Positions 18,689 to 28,685 of a stretch of DNA of 64,000 nt are shown in pieces. The stretch's first letter is position 1, and the number at the start of each line of letters is the position of its first letter. The notes below the pieces were generated by a model that ran no database searches, was not told the DNA's origin, and was given only the letters and a program-made list of their open reading frames with translations. Location of the stretch: contig MNEX01000110.1 in NCBI GenBank assembly GCA_001917905.1, positions 526 to 64,525 of the forward strand, in the 5' to 3' direction. A program made the translations under genes and the position numbers. The stretch comes from Acidobacteria bacterium 13_1_40CM_65_14. Its GTDB lineage: Bacteria > Acidobacteriota > Vicinamibacteria > Vicinamibacterales > CAVVIG01.

Positions 18689-20083
18689 CTACAACCTAGG
18701 CGCCGCACGCACGCCTGTCAAACGTCCGCGTACCTCATCCACCCGAACGGCACGGCCCCACACGCTGTGCGGTCCGGCGCGTTCGACGCGAACCGCAATC
18801 GTTCGGCCGATCCACTCTGGCGGTCCCGGCAGATTGACGACCACATTGCTGCTCGTCCGCCCCGATAACTCCGTGTCGCGGCGCCGGCTCGCGGCGTCGA
18901 TGAGCACCATGACCGGCTCGCCGATCAGTTGGCCGTTCAGACCGCCCTGAATCTCCCGCTGCAGTCGTTGGAGCGCGACGATCCGCCGCGTCTTCTCCGC
19001 GTCGGGCACGTTGTCCGGGAGCCGCTTCTCCGCCAGCGTGTTCGGCCGTTCGGAATACTTGAAGGAGAACATGCTGTGGAACCGGACCGCCGCCGTCAGC
19101 GACAGCGTCTCGTCGAAGTCCGCGTCGGCCTCTCCCGGGAAACCAACGATCATATCGGTCGATAGCGCCACGTCCGGCAGCATCTGCCGGATGCGGTCCA
19201 CGAGCGCGAGGTAGCTGTCGCGCGTGTAGCGGCGGCGCATCGCGGTCAGCACGCGCGTCGACCCGGATTGCACCGGAAGATGCAGGTGACGGCAGATCTT
19301 CGGCAGCCTCGCCATGGCGGCGAGAAAGCGCTCATCGACATGCCGCGGGTGCGGGCTCGCGAAACGGATCCGGTCCAGGCCCTCGATGTCATGGATCGCC
19401 TCGAGGAGGCCGGTGAAATCGCAGCCGGCATCGTCAGGCGCGTCGTAGTGGTTCACGATCTGTCCGAGGAGTTGGACTTCCCGTCGACCGCTCGCGACCG
19501 CCTCACGCACTTCCGCCACGATGTCGGCCTTGGGACGCATCCGCTCGTGTCCGCGCGTGTACGGGACCACGCAGAAGCTGCAGAACTCGTTGCACCCTTC
19601 GATGATGGTCACGTACGCCTTGACCGGATCGCTCCGTCGCGTGATCCCGAGCGGCCACCTCACATCATCGCACGCACCCAGATCGAGAACGCCTGCGCGA
19701 CGGCGTCGGTGCTCTCGATCCGCTCCGACGGCATCGACGAGCAGCGGCAGGCGGCGAATCGCCTGCGTCCCGAGGACGACGTCTGCGACGCCCGCCGACC
19801 GCTTCAGGACCGTCGCGCCTTCTTGCTGCGCCACGCATCCCGCCACGGCGACGATCGGGTCGTGGCCCTGGTCGCTGGCGAGCTGGCGCAGCTCACCCAG
19901 CCGCGTGTACAGCTTCTCCTCGGCACGCTCACGGACGCTGCAGGTGTTGATCACCACGAGATCCGCGTCGGCGGCGGTGTCTGTGGCCTCAAAACCGGCC
20001 TGCTCGAGGAGGCCCGCCATCCGTTCCGAATCGTGAACGTTCATCTGGCAGCCGAACGTCTCGATGAGATATTTGCGCGCCAC
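18689..20083 (-). CDS. miaB: tRNA-2-methylthio-N6-dimethylallyladenosine synthase
   Basis: YLIETFGCQMNVHDSE, the radical-SAM motif IIEGCNEFCSFCVVP, and a C-terminal TRAM region. Confidence 0.9.
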   Translation of the reverse strand: MARKYLIETFGCQMNVHDSERMAGLLEQAGFEATDTAADADLVVINTCSVRERAEEKLYTRLGELRQLASDQGHDPIVAVAGCVAQQEGATVLKRSAGVADVVLGTQAIRRLPLLVDAVGADREHRRRRAGVLDLGACDDVRWPLGITRRSDPVKAYVTIIEGCNEFCSFCVVPYTRGHERMRPKADIVAEVREAVASGRREVQLLGQIVNHYDAPDDAGCDFTGLLEAIHDIEGLDRIRFASPHPRHVDERFLAAMARLPKICRHLHLPVQSGSTRVLTAMRRRYTRDSYLALVDRIRQMLPDVALSTDMIVGFPGEADADFDETLSLTAAVRFHSMFSFKYSERPNTLAEKRLPDNVPDAEKTRRIVALQRLQREIQGGLNGQLIGEPVMVLIDAASRRRDTELSGRTSSNVVVNLPGPPEWIGRTIAVRVERAGPHSVWGRAVRVDEVRGRLTGVRAAPRL

Positions 20084-20086
20084 GGC

Positions 20087-21853
20087 CTACCGATGCGTCC
20101 TCGGCGCCCGCGGTGGTTTCTCGCCTACGGCGACACGGTTCGCTTTCGCTCTTTCGCTTTCGCCTTTTGCCATCGATTCGCCTTTCGCCTGACCGGCTCG
20201 CTCCCCCAGCATCTCACGCGCGGAGCGCCGAAGGCCATCGCTAATCGCCTCGCCTCCCAGCATGCGCGCGAGCTCGTCGACTCGACGCGCCTCATCGAGT
20301 CGTCGGACGGTCGTCTTGGTGCGGCCGTGGTCGACACGCTTTTCGATCTGAAAGTGCGTGTCGGCGTAGGCGGCGATCTGCGGCAAGTGTGTGATGCACA
20401 GCACCTGAAACGCCGAGCCCAAGCCGCGCAGCTTGCGACCGACGACGTCCGCCACGCGTCCGCCGATCCCGGCGTCGACCTCGTCGAACACCAGACCCGG
20501 CGCCGCGGTGCTCGGCGGCCGATCGGCGGCGTCGTTGAACCCGTGGCGCGACGTCGCGGTGAGCGTCTTGATCGCCAGCATGATGCGTGACAACTCGCCG
20601 CCCGACACGATGCGCGCGAGCGGACGCAGATCTTCGCCGGGATTCGGCGAGACGAAGAACTCGGCGGCGTCGATGCCTCGCGCGCTCCATTCAGCCTCGG
20701 GCAGCGCGCCACCGAACCGCACCTCGAATCGCGTCTGCTCCATCGCCAGTTCGGCCAGCAGCGTCTCGAGTTGCGTCGCAAAGCCTCCGGCGACGCGACG
20801 CCGTGCGTGCGACAGCGCCTGGGCGGCCGCCAAGTAAGCCGTGCGCGCCGCGTCCACCGCGCGCTCGAGCTCGGCGATCCGCTCGTCGCCGCACTCGAGG
20901 TCGGACCGTTCCAGCTGCAGCGCCCGATGGCGGCTGATGACGTCGGCAAGCGTCGGCCCGTATTTCCGCTTCAAGCGCTCGAGCAGCGCCAGACGCTCCT
21001 CGACTTCCTGGAGCCGCGCGGGCGACGCCTCGATGCCCTCGGCATATCGGCGCAGAAACAGCGCCAGATCCTCGAGCTGTGACTTGATGGCTTCACGAGC
21101 CTCGAGGTACGGCTGGAATTGCGGATCGAGATCGGCGAGTTCCGCGACGCGACGCCAGACATTCCCGAGGGCCGACAAAATGGCGTCGTCACGCTCGTAC
21201 AACGACGCGTAGCTCTCCACGCACAACCGCTCGACGCGCTCCGCGCTGGCCAACACGTGTCGCAGCGCGGACAGCTCGTCGTCTTCGCCCGGCTTCGGCG
21301 CGGCGCGGTCGAGTTCGCCGAGCTGGAACGCGATGAGCTCCAACCGCGCGTTCCGATCGCTGGCGGCCGTCCGGACACGTGCGAGCTCCTCCTGGGCGGT
21401 TCGACACGCTTCGAACGCCAGGGCGCACGGCCCGGCGAGCGAATCGAGCGAACCGAATGTGTCGAGGACGCCGAGGTGTGTGGACGGATCGAGCAGTGTC
21501 TGATGCTCGTGTTGACCGTGGAGCTCGATCAACCGGGCCGAAAGATCCTTGAGCGCGCCAGCAGTGGCGAGCGCCCCGTTGATGAACGCGCGGCTCCGCC
21601 CTTGCGCGGTGATTTCGCGGCGGATCAGGAGCTCGTCGCCGCCGCTTTCAAAGAGGGCTTCGATGGCCGCGCTGTCCTCGCCCGTCCGCACCAGGTCTCC
21701 GGAGGCGCGTCCGCCGAGCAGCAGCCCGACGGCTTCGACCAGAATCGACTTGCCGGCGCCAGTTTCACCGGTAAGGACGTTGAGCCCGGGATCGAACTCG
21801 ACCTCGACCGAGTCGATGACGGCGAGATGCTGGATCCGGAGGAAGCGGAGCAT
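20087..21853 (-). CDS. recN: DNA repair protein RecN
   Basis: MLRFLRIQHLAVIDSVEVEFDPGLNVLTGETGAGKSIL, plus LVFDEVDAGIGG near the C-terminus. The last roughly 35 aa are encoded by a tandem-heptamer repeat. Confidence 0.9.
   Translation of the reverse strand: MLRFLRIQHLAVIDSVEVEFDPGLNVLTGETGAGKSILVEAVGLLLGGRASGDLVRTGEDSAAIEALFESGGDELLIRREITAQGRSRAFINGALATAGALKDLSARLIELHGQHEHQTLLDPSTHLGVLDTFGSLDSLAGPCALAFEACRTAQEELARVRTAASDRNARLELIAFQLGELDRAAPKPGEDDELSALRHVLASAERVERLCVESYASLYERDDAILSALGNVWRRVAELADLDPQFQPYLEAREAIKSQLEDLALFLRRYAEGIEASPARLQEVEERLALLERLKRKYGPTLADVISRHRALQLERSDLECGDERIAELERAVDAARTAYLAAAQALSHARRRVAGGFATQLETLLAELAMEQTRFEVRFGGALPEAEWSARGIDAAEFFVSPNPGEDLRPLARIVSGGELSRIMLAIKTLTATSRHGFNDAADRPPSTAAPGLVFDEVDAGIGGRVADVVGRKLRGLGSAFQVLCITHLPQIAAYADTHFQIEKRVDHGRTKTTVRRLDEARRVDELARMLGGEAISDGLRRSAREMLGERAGQAKGESMAKGESERAKANRVAVGEKPPRAPRTHR
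20141..20189. repeat. Single-arm tandem heptamer array (CTTTCGC-type) in the recN 3' end
   Basis: cgctttcgctctttcgctttcgccttttgccatcgattcgcctttcgcc encodes AKGESMAKGESERAKA. Confidence 0.7.
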
Positions 21854-21888
21854 GTGGGAAGCGCGAGAACTCCAATCGTAGCATAGGT

Positions 21889-21917
21889 TTGACAGCTATT
21901 TCACCCCATGATACAGT
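21889..21917 (+). promoter_or_regulatory. Sigma-70-like promoter candidate for the tol operon (TTGACA-N17-TACAGT)
   Basis: Perfect -35 at 21889-21894, a 17-nt spacer, and TACAGT at 21912-21917. Pattern match only. Confidence 0.35.
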
Positions 21918-22741
21918 TTTGCATTCGCGCTGTCCCAGCGGCGCATCGCTATGTCTCGGAGGGCCGTTTGCGCACGCTTGGAAGCCTCCCGCTCGCCTTG
22001 CTCCAGCAGGCGGCCGGCGGGGTTGCGCTCGAAAGCTCGGGTACGAGCATCGTCGGGCGCGTTGCTCATTTCACCCTCGTTTCCAAACTCGCGCTCCTGA
22101 GCCTCGGACTGCTATCAGTCATTTCCTGGGGCATCATCTTTTACAAACTCTGGACGTTCCGGCGGTCCGAGCGCCAAAGCGCACAGTTCCTCGACGTTTT
22201 CCGCCGCAGCAGCAAGTTTTCCGAGGTGCAGGCGGTCTGCCGATCGCTTGACGAGAGTCCGCTTGTCGGCCTGTTTCAATCGGCATACGCTGAGCTCACC
22301 GCGCAGCTGCGACAGAACCAGCCACCGGACGCGGCCGCGCCGGCCAATCCACGCGGCGCTCCCGGTCGTCCAACTCTCAAGAGCCTCTCGGCCGTCGATC
22401 GTGCGCTGATGCGTGCGGCCGTGGTCGAGGTCAACAAACTCGAGCGTCACATCACGTTTCTCGCGACGACCGCGAGCATGGCGCCGTTCATCGGCTTGTT
22501 CGGGACCGTCTGGGGCATCATCGCAGCGTTCGAGAACATTGGCCGGACGGGATCGACGAACCTCAGCGTCGTCGCGCCCGGGATTGCCGAGGCATTGGTC
22601 GCCACGGCTGCCGGTTTGATCGCCGCCATCCCGGCCGTGTACTTCTACAATGCGCTCTCGAACCGCGTGAAATTGTTCGCCTCCGAAATGGACGACTTCG
22701 CCATGGAGTTTCTGAACATCGCGGAAAGGAACTTTACGTAG
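21908..22741 (+). CDS. tolQ: MotA/TolQ/ExbB proton channel protein (TolQ)
   Basis: LLSLGLLSVISWGIIFYKLW and a TolQ-type C-terminal half, followed by tolR-tolA-tolB-pal. The true start is probably downstream (in-frame TTG at 21968 or 21998), because the promoter candidate overlaps the ATG at 21908. Confidence 0.8.
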   Translation: MIQFCIRAVPAAHRYVSEGRLRTLGSLPLALLQQAAGGVALESSGTSIVGRVAHFTLVSKLALLSLGLLSVISWGIIFYKLWTFRRSERQSAQFLDVFRRSSKFSEVQAVCRSLDESPLVGLFQSAYAELTAQLRQNQPPDAAAPANPRGAPGRPTLKSLSAVDRALMRAAVVEVNKLERHITFLATTASMAPFIGLFGTVWGIIAAFENIGRTGSTNLSVVAPGIAEALVATAAGLIAAIPAVYFYNALSNRVKLFASEMDDFAMEFLNIAERNFT

Positions 22742-23203
22742 GTGCCGAAGGTACAGCCTGCAGCGAGCGCCGCGTCGGGACGTCTGGGACGTGGCCGTCG
22801 CGTCAGTACCTCGCTCGCCGAGATCAATGTCGTTCCGCTCGTGGATGTGATGCTCGTGCTGCTGGTGATCTTCATGGTCACCGCACCAATGATTCAGCGC
22901 GGCGTCGACGTCAACATTCCGGTGTCGACGCGCTCGGGACAAATCGCGAACGAGCGGGTGTTCGTCAGCATCCCGCTCGCGTATCGTCAGAATCGCGTCG
23001 TGTATCTCGGCGACGAACCGATTCGCGCGGAGATCTTGCAGGAACGCATCCGGCAGAAGATGGAGAACCGCAGCGACAAAGAGGTCTACCTGCGCGGCGA
23101 CGCTGGCGTGCAGTATCAGGAGCTGATGGAGATATTCGACCGCCTGAAGGCGGCGGGCGTCGAAAAAGTGGGCCTCATCACCAAAATGCCAGGTGAACGC
23201 TAA
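22742..23203 (+). CDS. tolR: ExbD/TolR family biopolymer transport protein
   Basis: LAEINVVPLVDVMLVLLVIFMVTAPM, with a GTG start. Confidence 0.85.
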   Translation: MPKVQPAASAASGRLGRGRRVSTSLAEINVVPLVDVMLVLLVIFMVTAPMIQRGVDVNIPVSTRSGQIANERVFVSIPLAYRQNRVVYLGDEPIRAEILQERIRQKMENRSDKEVYLRGDAGVQYQELMEIFDRLKAAGVEKVGLITKMPGER

Positions 23204-23206
23204 TCC

Positions 23207-23986
23207 ATGGACGTCACCGATGTGCTTCGCGACCGGATGCAGGCCCCCGCTGGACTTCAGCGAATGGTGGCGGTGTCGGTGGCGGCGCATGTCGTGTTCG
23301 GCGCGGGCCTCCTCCTGGCGCCTGCTCGGTTTCTTGGTCGCGAGTCGGCCGCGCCGCGGACGGTGATGACGATTTCGCTCGGCGGCAATGCGGGCGCCGA
23401 CAGCGGCGGCATGACGCAAATGGGCCGCCGTGCCGTGCAGGTCCAGACCCCGCCCGAGGAGGCCGCCAAGCGCGAGGCGGTCCGGCCGCCTGCCGCGAAA
23501 GCGCCCGAGATGGTCCTTCCCCGCCGCGACGTCAAGGTGAGCAAAACGACGCCTGCGCCGAACGTGACGCAGGCGCCCGATGACGCGCGTGGCCGCACAC
23601 CAACGAGGGGCGCTCAGACCGCCAAGGGCAGCACGAGCGCGGAAACCGGCATACGGGGCCAAGGATTCGGACTGTCGAGCGGTCAGGGCATTGGCGGCAC
23701 GCTCGACGTCGCGAACTTCTGTTGCCCCGACTATGTGCAGACGATGGTCCAGCGGATTAGAAGCGTCTGGGCGCAGAACCAAGGCGTCACCGCACAAACC
23801 ATCATCAAGTTCACCATCCAACGTGACGGCAAGATCACCGACACGATCGTCGAAGCGAGCAGCGGCAATGACGCGCTCGATCTCGCCGCGCGCCGCGCCG
23901 TCGCCGTCACGCAACTGCCGCCGCTCCCGGATGCGTATCCCAATCCCTCGCTGCCCGTCCACCTCACATTCAAGTACGAAAGATGA
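23207..23986 (+). CDS. TolA/TonB-family energy transducer
   Basis: N-terminal anchor, Pro/Ala/Lys-rich spacer, and a C-terminal TonB-type domain (KFTIQRDGKITDTIVEASSGNDALDLAARRAV). The position matches tolA. Confidence 0.75.
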   Translation: MDVTDVLRDRMQAPAGLQRMVAVSVAAHVVFGAGLLLAPARFLGRESAAPRTVMTISLGGNAGADSGGMTQMGRRAVQVQTPPEEAAKREAVRPPAAKAPEMVLPRRDVKVSKTTPAPNVTQAPDDARGRTPTRGAQTAKGSTSAETGIRGQGFGLSSGQGIGGTLDVANFCCPDYVQTMVQRIRSVWAQNQGVTAQTIIKFTIQRDGKITDTIVEASSGNDALDLAARRAVAVTQLPPLPDAYPNPSLPVHLTFKYER

Positions 23987-25344
23987 AACGGATATCCCTG
24001 ATCGTCGTGCTCGCCGCGGCTATGGCGTCGACGCGTGCGCAGCAACCGCCGCAACCACCTGCGCAGCCGCCGCAACCGCAGGAAATCGAGACCACCATCA
24101 CCGGCGAGCCGGGTTCCCCGCCGCGCCTGGCCGTGCCTGAATTCATCGCCGTCTCGAAAGACACCGAGAGCGTGGCGATCGCCAAGACGATCAGTCAGGT
24201 CCTCTTCGACGACCTGAACTTCGAGCGCGAGTTCGCGCTGATTCCGCGCGACGTCTACTCGACGATTCCGGCCGCAACCTCCTTCAGCGACGTGCCGTTC
24301 GACCGCTGGCGCGAGCTGAATGCCGACGGCCTCGTGGTCGGCACCGTGCAGAAGACGGCCACCGGTCTCAAGGTGGAGCTGCGGCTGTTCAACGTTCGCA
24401 CGCGTCAGTCGGCGTACGGGCGCGAGTATTCCGGTTCAACGGCAAACCCGCGCCTCTACGCGCACCAGATCTCCGACGAGTTGCATCAGTCGCAGCGCGG
24501 GCTGAAAGGCGTCGCGCGGACCAAGCTCGTGTTCGATTCCGATCGCGACGGCGAGCGCATGGGCGGGACCATCGAAAACCGCGGCGTGAAGGAGCTGTAC
24601 ATCGCCGATTACGACGGGGAGAATCAGCGCCGTGTCACGGTGTCCAAGACCCTGAACATCAACCCGGCGTGGTCGCCGGACGGACGATCGATCGCCTACA
24701 CGTCGTATCGCCGCGGGGGGGGACAGATCTTCGTGTCGCACATCTTTCAGGCGCTGCTCGACGAGTTGACCAAAGGAGAAAAAGTCGGCGAGAACTGGCT
24801 GCCCGCCTGGTCGCCGGACGGCACCCGTTTGTGCTTCACGTCAACGCGCGACGGCAACAGCGAAATTTACGTGATGAATCGCGACGGGTCGAATGTGCGC
24901 CGGCTCACGCGCCATCCGGGCATCGACATCTCACCGACCTGGTCGCCGCCCGGCACCCAGATCGCGTTCGTCTCCGATCGCGGCGGCGATCCCCACATCT
25001 ACATCATGGACGCCGACGGCTCAGGCTCGCCGACACTTCTGACGCGCGAGTACTCGGATCGACCCACCTGGTCGCCGGCGCCGTACAACGAGATCGCCTA
25101 TTCGGCCAGGACCGGACCGGGCAACGACATCAAAGTGATCGACTTGGCAAGCCGGCAGGTACGCCAGTTGACGTTCGGCGAAGGCACGAACGAGAGTCCG
25201 ACCTGGTCGGCCAACGGGCGGCATTTGGCCTTCATGTCCACGCGTGCCGGCAAGTCGCAGATTTTCACGATCGCGCGCGATGGCAAGAACGTGCGCCAAC
25301 TCACGCGCACGGGCAGCAACCAACAACCCAACTGGTCAAAATAA
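23983..25344 (+). CDS. tolB: Tol-Pal system beta-propeller protein TolB
   Basis: Signal peptide and repeated PAWSPDG / PTWSP propeller blades. Confidence 0.9.
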   Translation: MKRISLIVVLAAAMASTRAQQPPQPPAQPPQPQEIETTITGEPGSPPRLAVPEFIAVSKDTESVAIAKTISQVLFDDLNFEREFALIPRDVYSTIPAATSFSDVPFDRWRELNADGLVVGTVQKTATGLKVELRLFNVRTRQSAYGREYSGSTANPRLYAHQISDELHQSQRGLKGVARTKLVFDSDRDGERMGGTIENRGVKELYIADYDGENQRRVTVSKTLNINPAWSPDGRSIAYTSYRRGGGQIFVSHIFQALLDELTKGEKVGENWLPAWSPDGTRLCFTSTRDGNSEIYVMNRDGSNVRRLTRHPGIDISPTWSPPGTQIAFVSDRGGDPHIYIMDADGSGSPTLLTREYSDRPTWSPAPYNEIAYSARTGPGNDIKVIDLASRQVRQLTFGEGTNESPTWSANGRHLAFMSTRAGKSQIFTIARDGKNVRQLTRTGSNQQPNWSK

Positions 25345-25355
25345 CGGAGACAACG

Positions 25356-25931
25356 ATGACACGCGTGTGGGGGACCACGGTTCTGTTGCTCATGGTGATG
25401 AGCGTCGCGGGGTGCGGAAAAAAACAAGCGCCCATCGCTCGCCCGATGCCACCGCCCTTCCCCGGGGCGATCTCGACGCCGTCGTCACGGCCGCCGGCCC
25501 CGCCCGAGCCGGTCGCGGAACCGACCATCGTGCCGCCCGAGCCGGTGCGCGACGATGCGATCGCGTCCGCGTCGCTTGACGATCTCAATCGCAATTCGCC
25601 GCTCAAGCCGGTGTTCTTCGATTACAACAGCAGCGATCTGAGTCCTGACGCGCAGCGCGCGCTCGACGAGAACGCCGCCACGATCAAGAAGTATCCCAGC
25701 TGGGCCGTGACGATCGAAGGCCACTGCGATGAACGCGGCACCGCCGAGTACAATTTGGCGTTGGGCGAACGCCGTTCGGTAGCCGCGCGCGCCTATCTCG
25801 TGTCGCTGGGCATCCCTGCCGATCGCGTCCGCACGGTGAGCTACGGCAAGGAGTTTCCGTTCGATCCCGGCCACGACGAAGCGGCGTTCAGGAAGAACCG
25901 GCGCGCGCATTTCGTCATCACCGCGAAGTGA
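25356..25931 (+). CDS. pal: Peptidoglycan-associated lipoprotein Pal (OmpA family)
   Basis: Lipobox [11 protein letters not shown] and the OmpA-like motif [19 protein letters not shown]. The ATG at 25356 lies inside the longer 24669 ORF. Confidence 0.9.
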   Translation: MTRVWGTTVLLLMVMSVAGCGKKQAPIARPMPPPFPGAISTPSSRPPAPPEPVAEPTIVPPEPVRDDAIASASLDDLNRNSPLKPVFFDYNSSDLSPDAQRALDENAATIKKYPSWAVTIEGHCDERGTAEYNLALGERRSVAARAYLVSLGIPADRVRTVSYGKEFPFDPGHDEAAFRKNRRAHFVITAK

Positions 25932-25935
25932 GCCT

Positions 25936-26775
25936 ATGAGACACAGAATTCTCGCCGTGGTTCTCGCCGGCGCGCTGGTCGCTGTCGCCGCGATGCCGGC
26001 GTCGGCCGCGAACAAGGAACATCAACAGCTGATGGCCGACATCCGCATGCTGCAGGAGCAATCGCAGCTGCTGCAGAACATGCTCGCGTCGCTGACCGAC
26101 GTCGTGAAGACGTTGAGCACGCATCTCGATCAGCGGCTGGATCAGCAGAACGCGGCGCTCGTCAAGGGCTTCGCCGATCAGAAGCTGATTCTCGATACGT
26201 TGTCGAACGACGCGCGCGTCATTCGCGAACGTCTCGATGACAACAACGTCCGCATCGGCTCGCTGACGCAGGAAGTCGAAGCGCTCCGTCATGCCCTGCA
26301 GCAGCGTCCCACCTCGACGGAGGTCGATCCGACCGGCGCCGCCGCGACGTCGGGCGGCGGCTCGAACGCCGGCGGATCGGCGCCGCCGGTCGGCTTGTCG
26401 CCGCAGAAGATGCAGGAAACAGCCCAGGCCGACTACGCGGCCGGCCAGTACGATCTGGCGATCGAAGGGTTCCAGGCGTACATCAAGAATTTTCCGAAGT
26501 CCGACTGGGTCGACGACGCGCAGCTGTTCATCTGCAAGTCTTATCTGCTCGAGGGCAAGAACGACAAGGCCGTGGACGCATGCGACGCGGTGATCCGCAA
26601 TTACCCGAGCGGCAACGCGGTTCCTGAGGCGTACTATCGGAAAGGTCTCGCCCTGAGCAATCTCCGCGACGTCGCCGGCGCGCGCGCGGCGTGCGACACC
26701 GTCGTGAAGAATTACAAAGACAGCGACGTCGCGATCCTCGCGCAGCAATGCCTCGACCGATTGCGGCGCCCGTAG
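25936..26775 (+). CDS. cpoB: Tol-Pal system protein CpoB/YbgF
   Basis: Signal peptide, coiled-coil N-terminal domain, and a C-terminal TPR region (YDLAIEGFQAYIKNFPKSDW...). Located downstream of pal. Confidence 0.8.
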   Translation: MRHRILAVVLAGALVAVAAMPASAANKEHQQLMADIRMLQEQSQLLQNMLASLTDVVKTLSTHLDQRLDQQNAALVKGFADQKLILDTLSNDARVIRERLDDNNVRIGSLTQEVEALRHALQQRPTSTEVDPTGAAATSGGGSNAGGSAPPVGLSPQKMQETAQADYAAGQYDLAIEGFQAYIKNFPKSDWVDDAQLFICKSYLLEGKNDKAVDACDAVIRNYPSGNAVPEAYYRKGLALSNLRDVAGARAACDTVVKNYKDSDVAILAQQCLDRLRRP

Positions 26776-26780
26776 CCATT

Positions 26781-26915
26781 CAGAACTTAGAACTTAGAAC
26801 TCAGAACTCAGAACTCAGAACTTAGAAGTTCGGAGCCGACGATGTAGAATGCTTCGGCTCGTTCACCGTTCTCAGTTCTAAGTTCTAAGGTCTGAGTTCT
26901 CATTTCTGAGTTCTC
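26781..26915. repeat. Hairpin with tandem-heptamer arms (AGAACTY x7 / complementary units) between cpoB and ssb
   Basis: Left arm 26781-26828 and right arm 26867-26915. The loop contains its own small stem, GAGCCGA...TCGGCTC. Confidence 0.85.
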
Positions 26916-26932
26916 AACCCCGAAGGGCACCT

Positions 26933-27373
26933 ATGGGCTCAGTCAACAAAGTGATCCTGGTCGGCAACCTCGGACGCGACGCCGAGCTACGCTACACGCC
27001 GGGCGGCGCCGCGGTCGCGACGATCAACATGGCGACCACCGAGGTGTGGAACGACAAGGCGGGCCAGCGGCAGGAAAAAACCGAGTGGCACCGCGTCGTG
27101 CTGTGGGGCAAATCGGCCGAATCGCTCACCGAGTATCTCACCAAGGGCAAGCAGATCTACGTCGAAGGCCGCCTGCAAACGCGCCAATGGGACGACAAGG
27201 ACGGCAACAAGCGCTACACGACTGAGATCCGCGGCGACAAGATCGTCCTGCTGGGCGGCGGCCGCGGTGGCGGCGTGTCGCGCGGCGGTGTCGCCGATGA
27301 GAGCATGGGCGGCCATGCACCGGCACCCGAGCCTGCGGCTGAGCCCCTCACCGACGACGACATTCCATTTTGA
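26933..27373 (+). CDS. ssb: Single-stranded DNA-binding protein
   Basis: [32 protein letters not shown], and the acidic tail DDDIPF. Confidence 0.95.
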   Translation: MGSVNKVILVGNLGRDAELRYTPGGAAVATINMATTEVWNDKAGQRQEKTEWHRVVLWGKSAESLTEYLTKGKQIYVEGRLQTRQWDDKDGNKRYTTEIRGDKIVLLGGGRGGGVSRGGVADESMGGHAPAPEPAAEPLTDDDIPF

Positions 27374-27391
27374 CGCTGAGGCATTGCGCGA

Positions 27392-28324
27392 CTGATTGAG
27401 CAGGCACGCATAGACGCCGCGGCGCGCTTCATCGCGCGCCATTTTCCTCCGACGCGACTCGTGCGAGCCGCGTCGCTCAGCACGCACGACCGCATCGTCT
27501 ACCTGAAACTCGAGTCCGACCTGCCAACCGCGTCGTTCAAGATCCGCGGTGCGCTGTTCTCGTTGTCAGAACGCGTCCGTGCAGGCGAAGTGGCCGAGGT
27601 CGTCGCCGCCAGTACCGGAAATCATGGCGCGGCCGTGGCGTATGCCGGCCGGCAGCTCCGCGTCCGGACCACGATCTTTCTTCCCACTCGCCCGAATCCC
27701 GTCAAGGCGCCGCGGATTCGCGAGCTCGGCGCGTCGCTGGTCGAGACGGGACCGGATCTGACGGCGGCGATTGACGCGGCGCACGAGTACGCGGCGCGTA
27801 TCGGTGCGTTTTTTCTGCACGACGCGAGCGATCCCGACGTGCCGGTCGGCCGCGACGATTGGACGCGAGATTCTCCTCGAGCGGCCGGAGACCGGCGTCA
27901 TCTACGTGCCAGTCGGCGACTCCGCGCTCATCCGCGGCGTGGCCTCGGCCGCCAAACATCTTCGGCCCGCCAGCCGTATCGTCGGCGTTGTCGCCGAGCG
28001 CGGCCCGGCCTACTACTTGTCCTGGCAGCGCGGGCGCGTGGTTGAAACGGCGTCGGCGGACACGATTGCAGATGGGCTCGCTGTGCGGCGACCGCTGGCG
28101 CCCAACGTCGCCGCGATCGGCGAGCTCGTCGACGAGATGCGTCTCGGTGAGCGACGACGAGTTGCGCACGGCGATCGCGTTTTCTCGCACGGCACGAACA
28201 GGTCGTGGCGGAGCCCGCCGCGGCCGCTTCCGTGGCCGCGCTGCTGAAAGAAGAGGGACACGCTCGGGGAACGATCGCGCTCCTGGTCACCGGCGCCAAT
28301 ATCGCGCCGGATCTCAGGCTTTAG
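27392..28324 (+). pseudogene. PLP-dependent threonine dehydratase/ammonia-lyase-like gene with at least three frameshifts and no canonical start
   Basis: YLKLESDLPTASFKIRGAL and ASTGNHGAAVAY are in the frame of 27461. ATIGREILLERPETGVIYVPVGDSALIRG is in the frame of 27771. VSDDELRTAIAF is in a third frame. LARHEQVVAEPAAAASVAALL...GANIAPDLRL returns to the first frame, ending at 28324. One shift sits in a TTTT run. Confidence 0.7.
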
Positions 28325-28685
28325 GTTTGTGTGTGTCTTCGCGGCCGTAGCGATCTTCCAGGCGCACGACATCGTGCAGCTCGGGCGTGGACACCTCGAA
28401 GATGTCGCTGTCCTCGATGGCCGTCATGCGGTGGATCGTCTTCGGCGTGATGTGGACGCGTTCACCTGGGCGCATCTCCCGCTTCGTCAAGCCGCCGCCC
28501 TCGTCGATCTCGAAGAGCAGCTTGCCCGAGTGCAGATAGATCGTCTCGTCCTTCACGTTGTGATACTGCAGGCTCAGGGCGTGGCCAGCGTTGACGTGAA
28601 TGAGCTTGCCGACGTACCGATCGGTTTTCGCCCAGTGCAGCTCGTAGCCCCACGGTTTCTCGATGCGTGTGATCTCGCCGCTCAC
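28314..28685 (-). CDS. Cupin-domain protein (mannose-6-phosphate isomerase type II C-terminal-like)
   Basis: KPWGYELHWA, LSLQYHNVKDETIYLHSG and RVHITPKTIHR. Confidence 0.75.
   Translation of the reverse strand: MSGEITRIEKPWGYELHWAKTDRYVGKLIHVNAGHALSLQYHNVKDETIYLHSGKLLFEIDEGGGLTKREMRPGERVHITPKTIHRMTAIEDSDIFEVSTPELHDVVRLEDRYGREDTHKPKA

Noticed and set aside
22115-23962. 615-aa antisense ORF across tolQ-tolR-tolA, together with the similar long antisense ORFs at 36683-38578, 33397-35016, 42998-44524, 52287-53909 and 60683-61798
   Set aside because: All are Arg/Asp/His-rich, show no motifs, and lie opposite well-supported genes. Open antisense frames like these are expected at this GC content.
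24669-25355. Upstream part of the 420-aa ORF that contains pal
   Set aside because: It overlaps tolB in another frame. The lipoprotein signal peptide and lipobox begin at the internal ATG at 25356.
26781-26915. Possible CRISPR array (regular short repeats)
   Set aside because: The units are only 7 nt, directly abutting with no spacers. The second half is the inverted complement. No cas genes are present.
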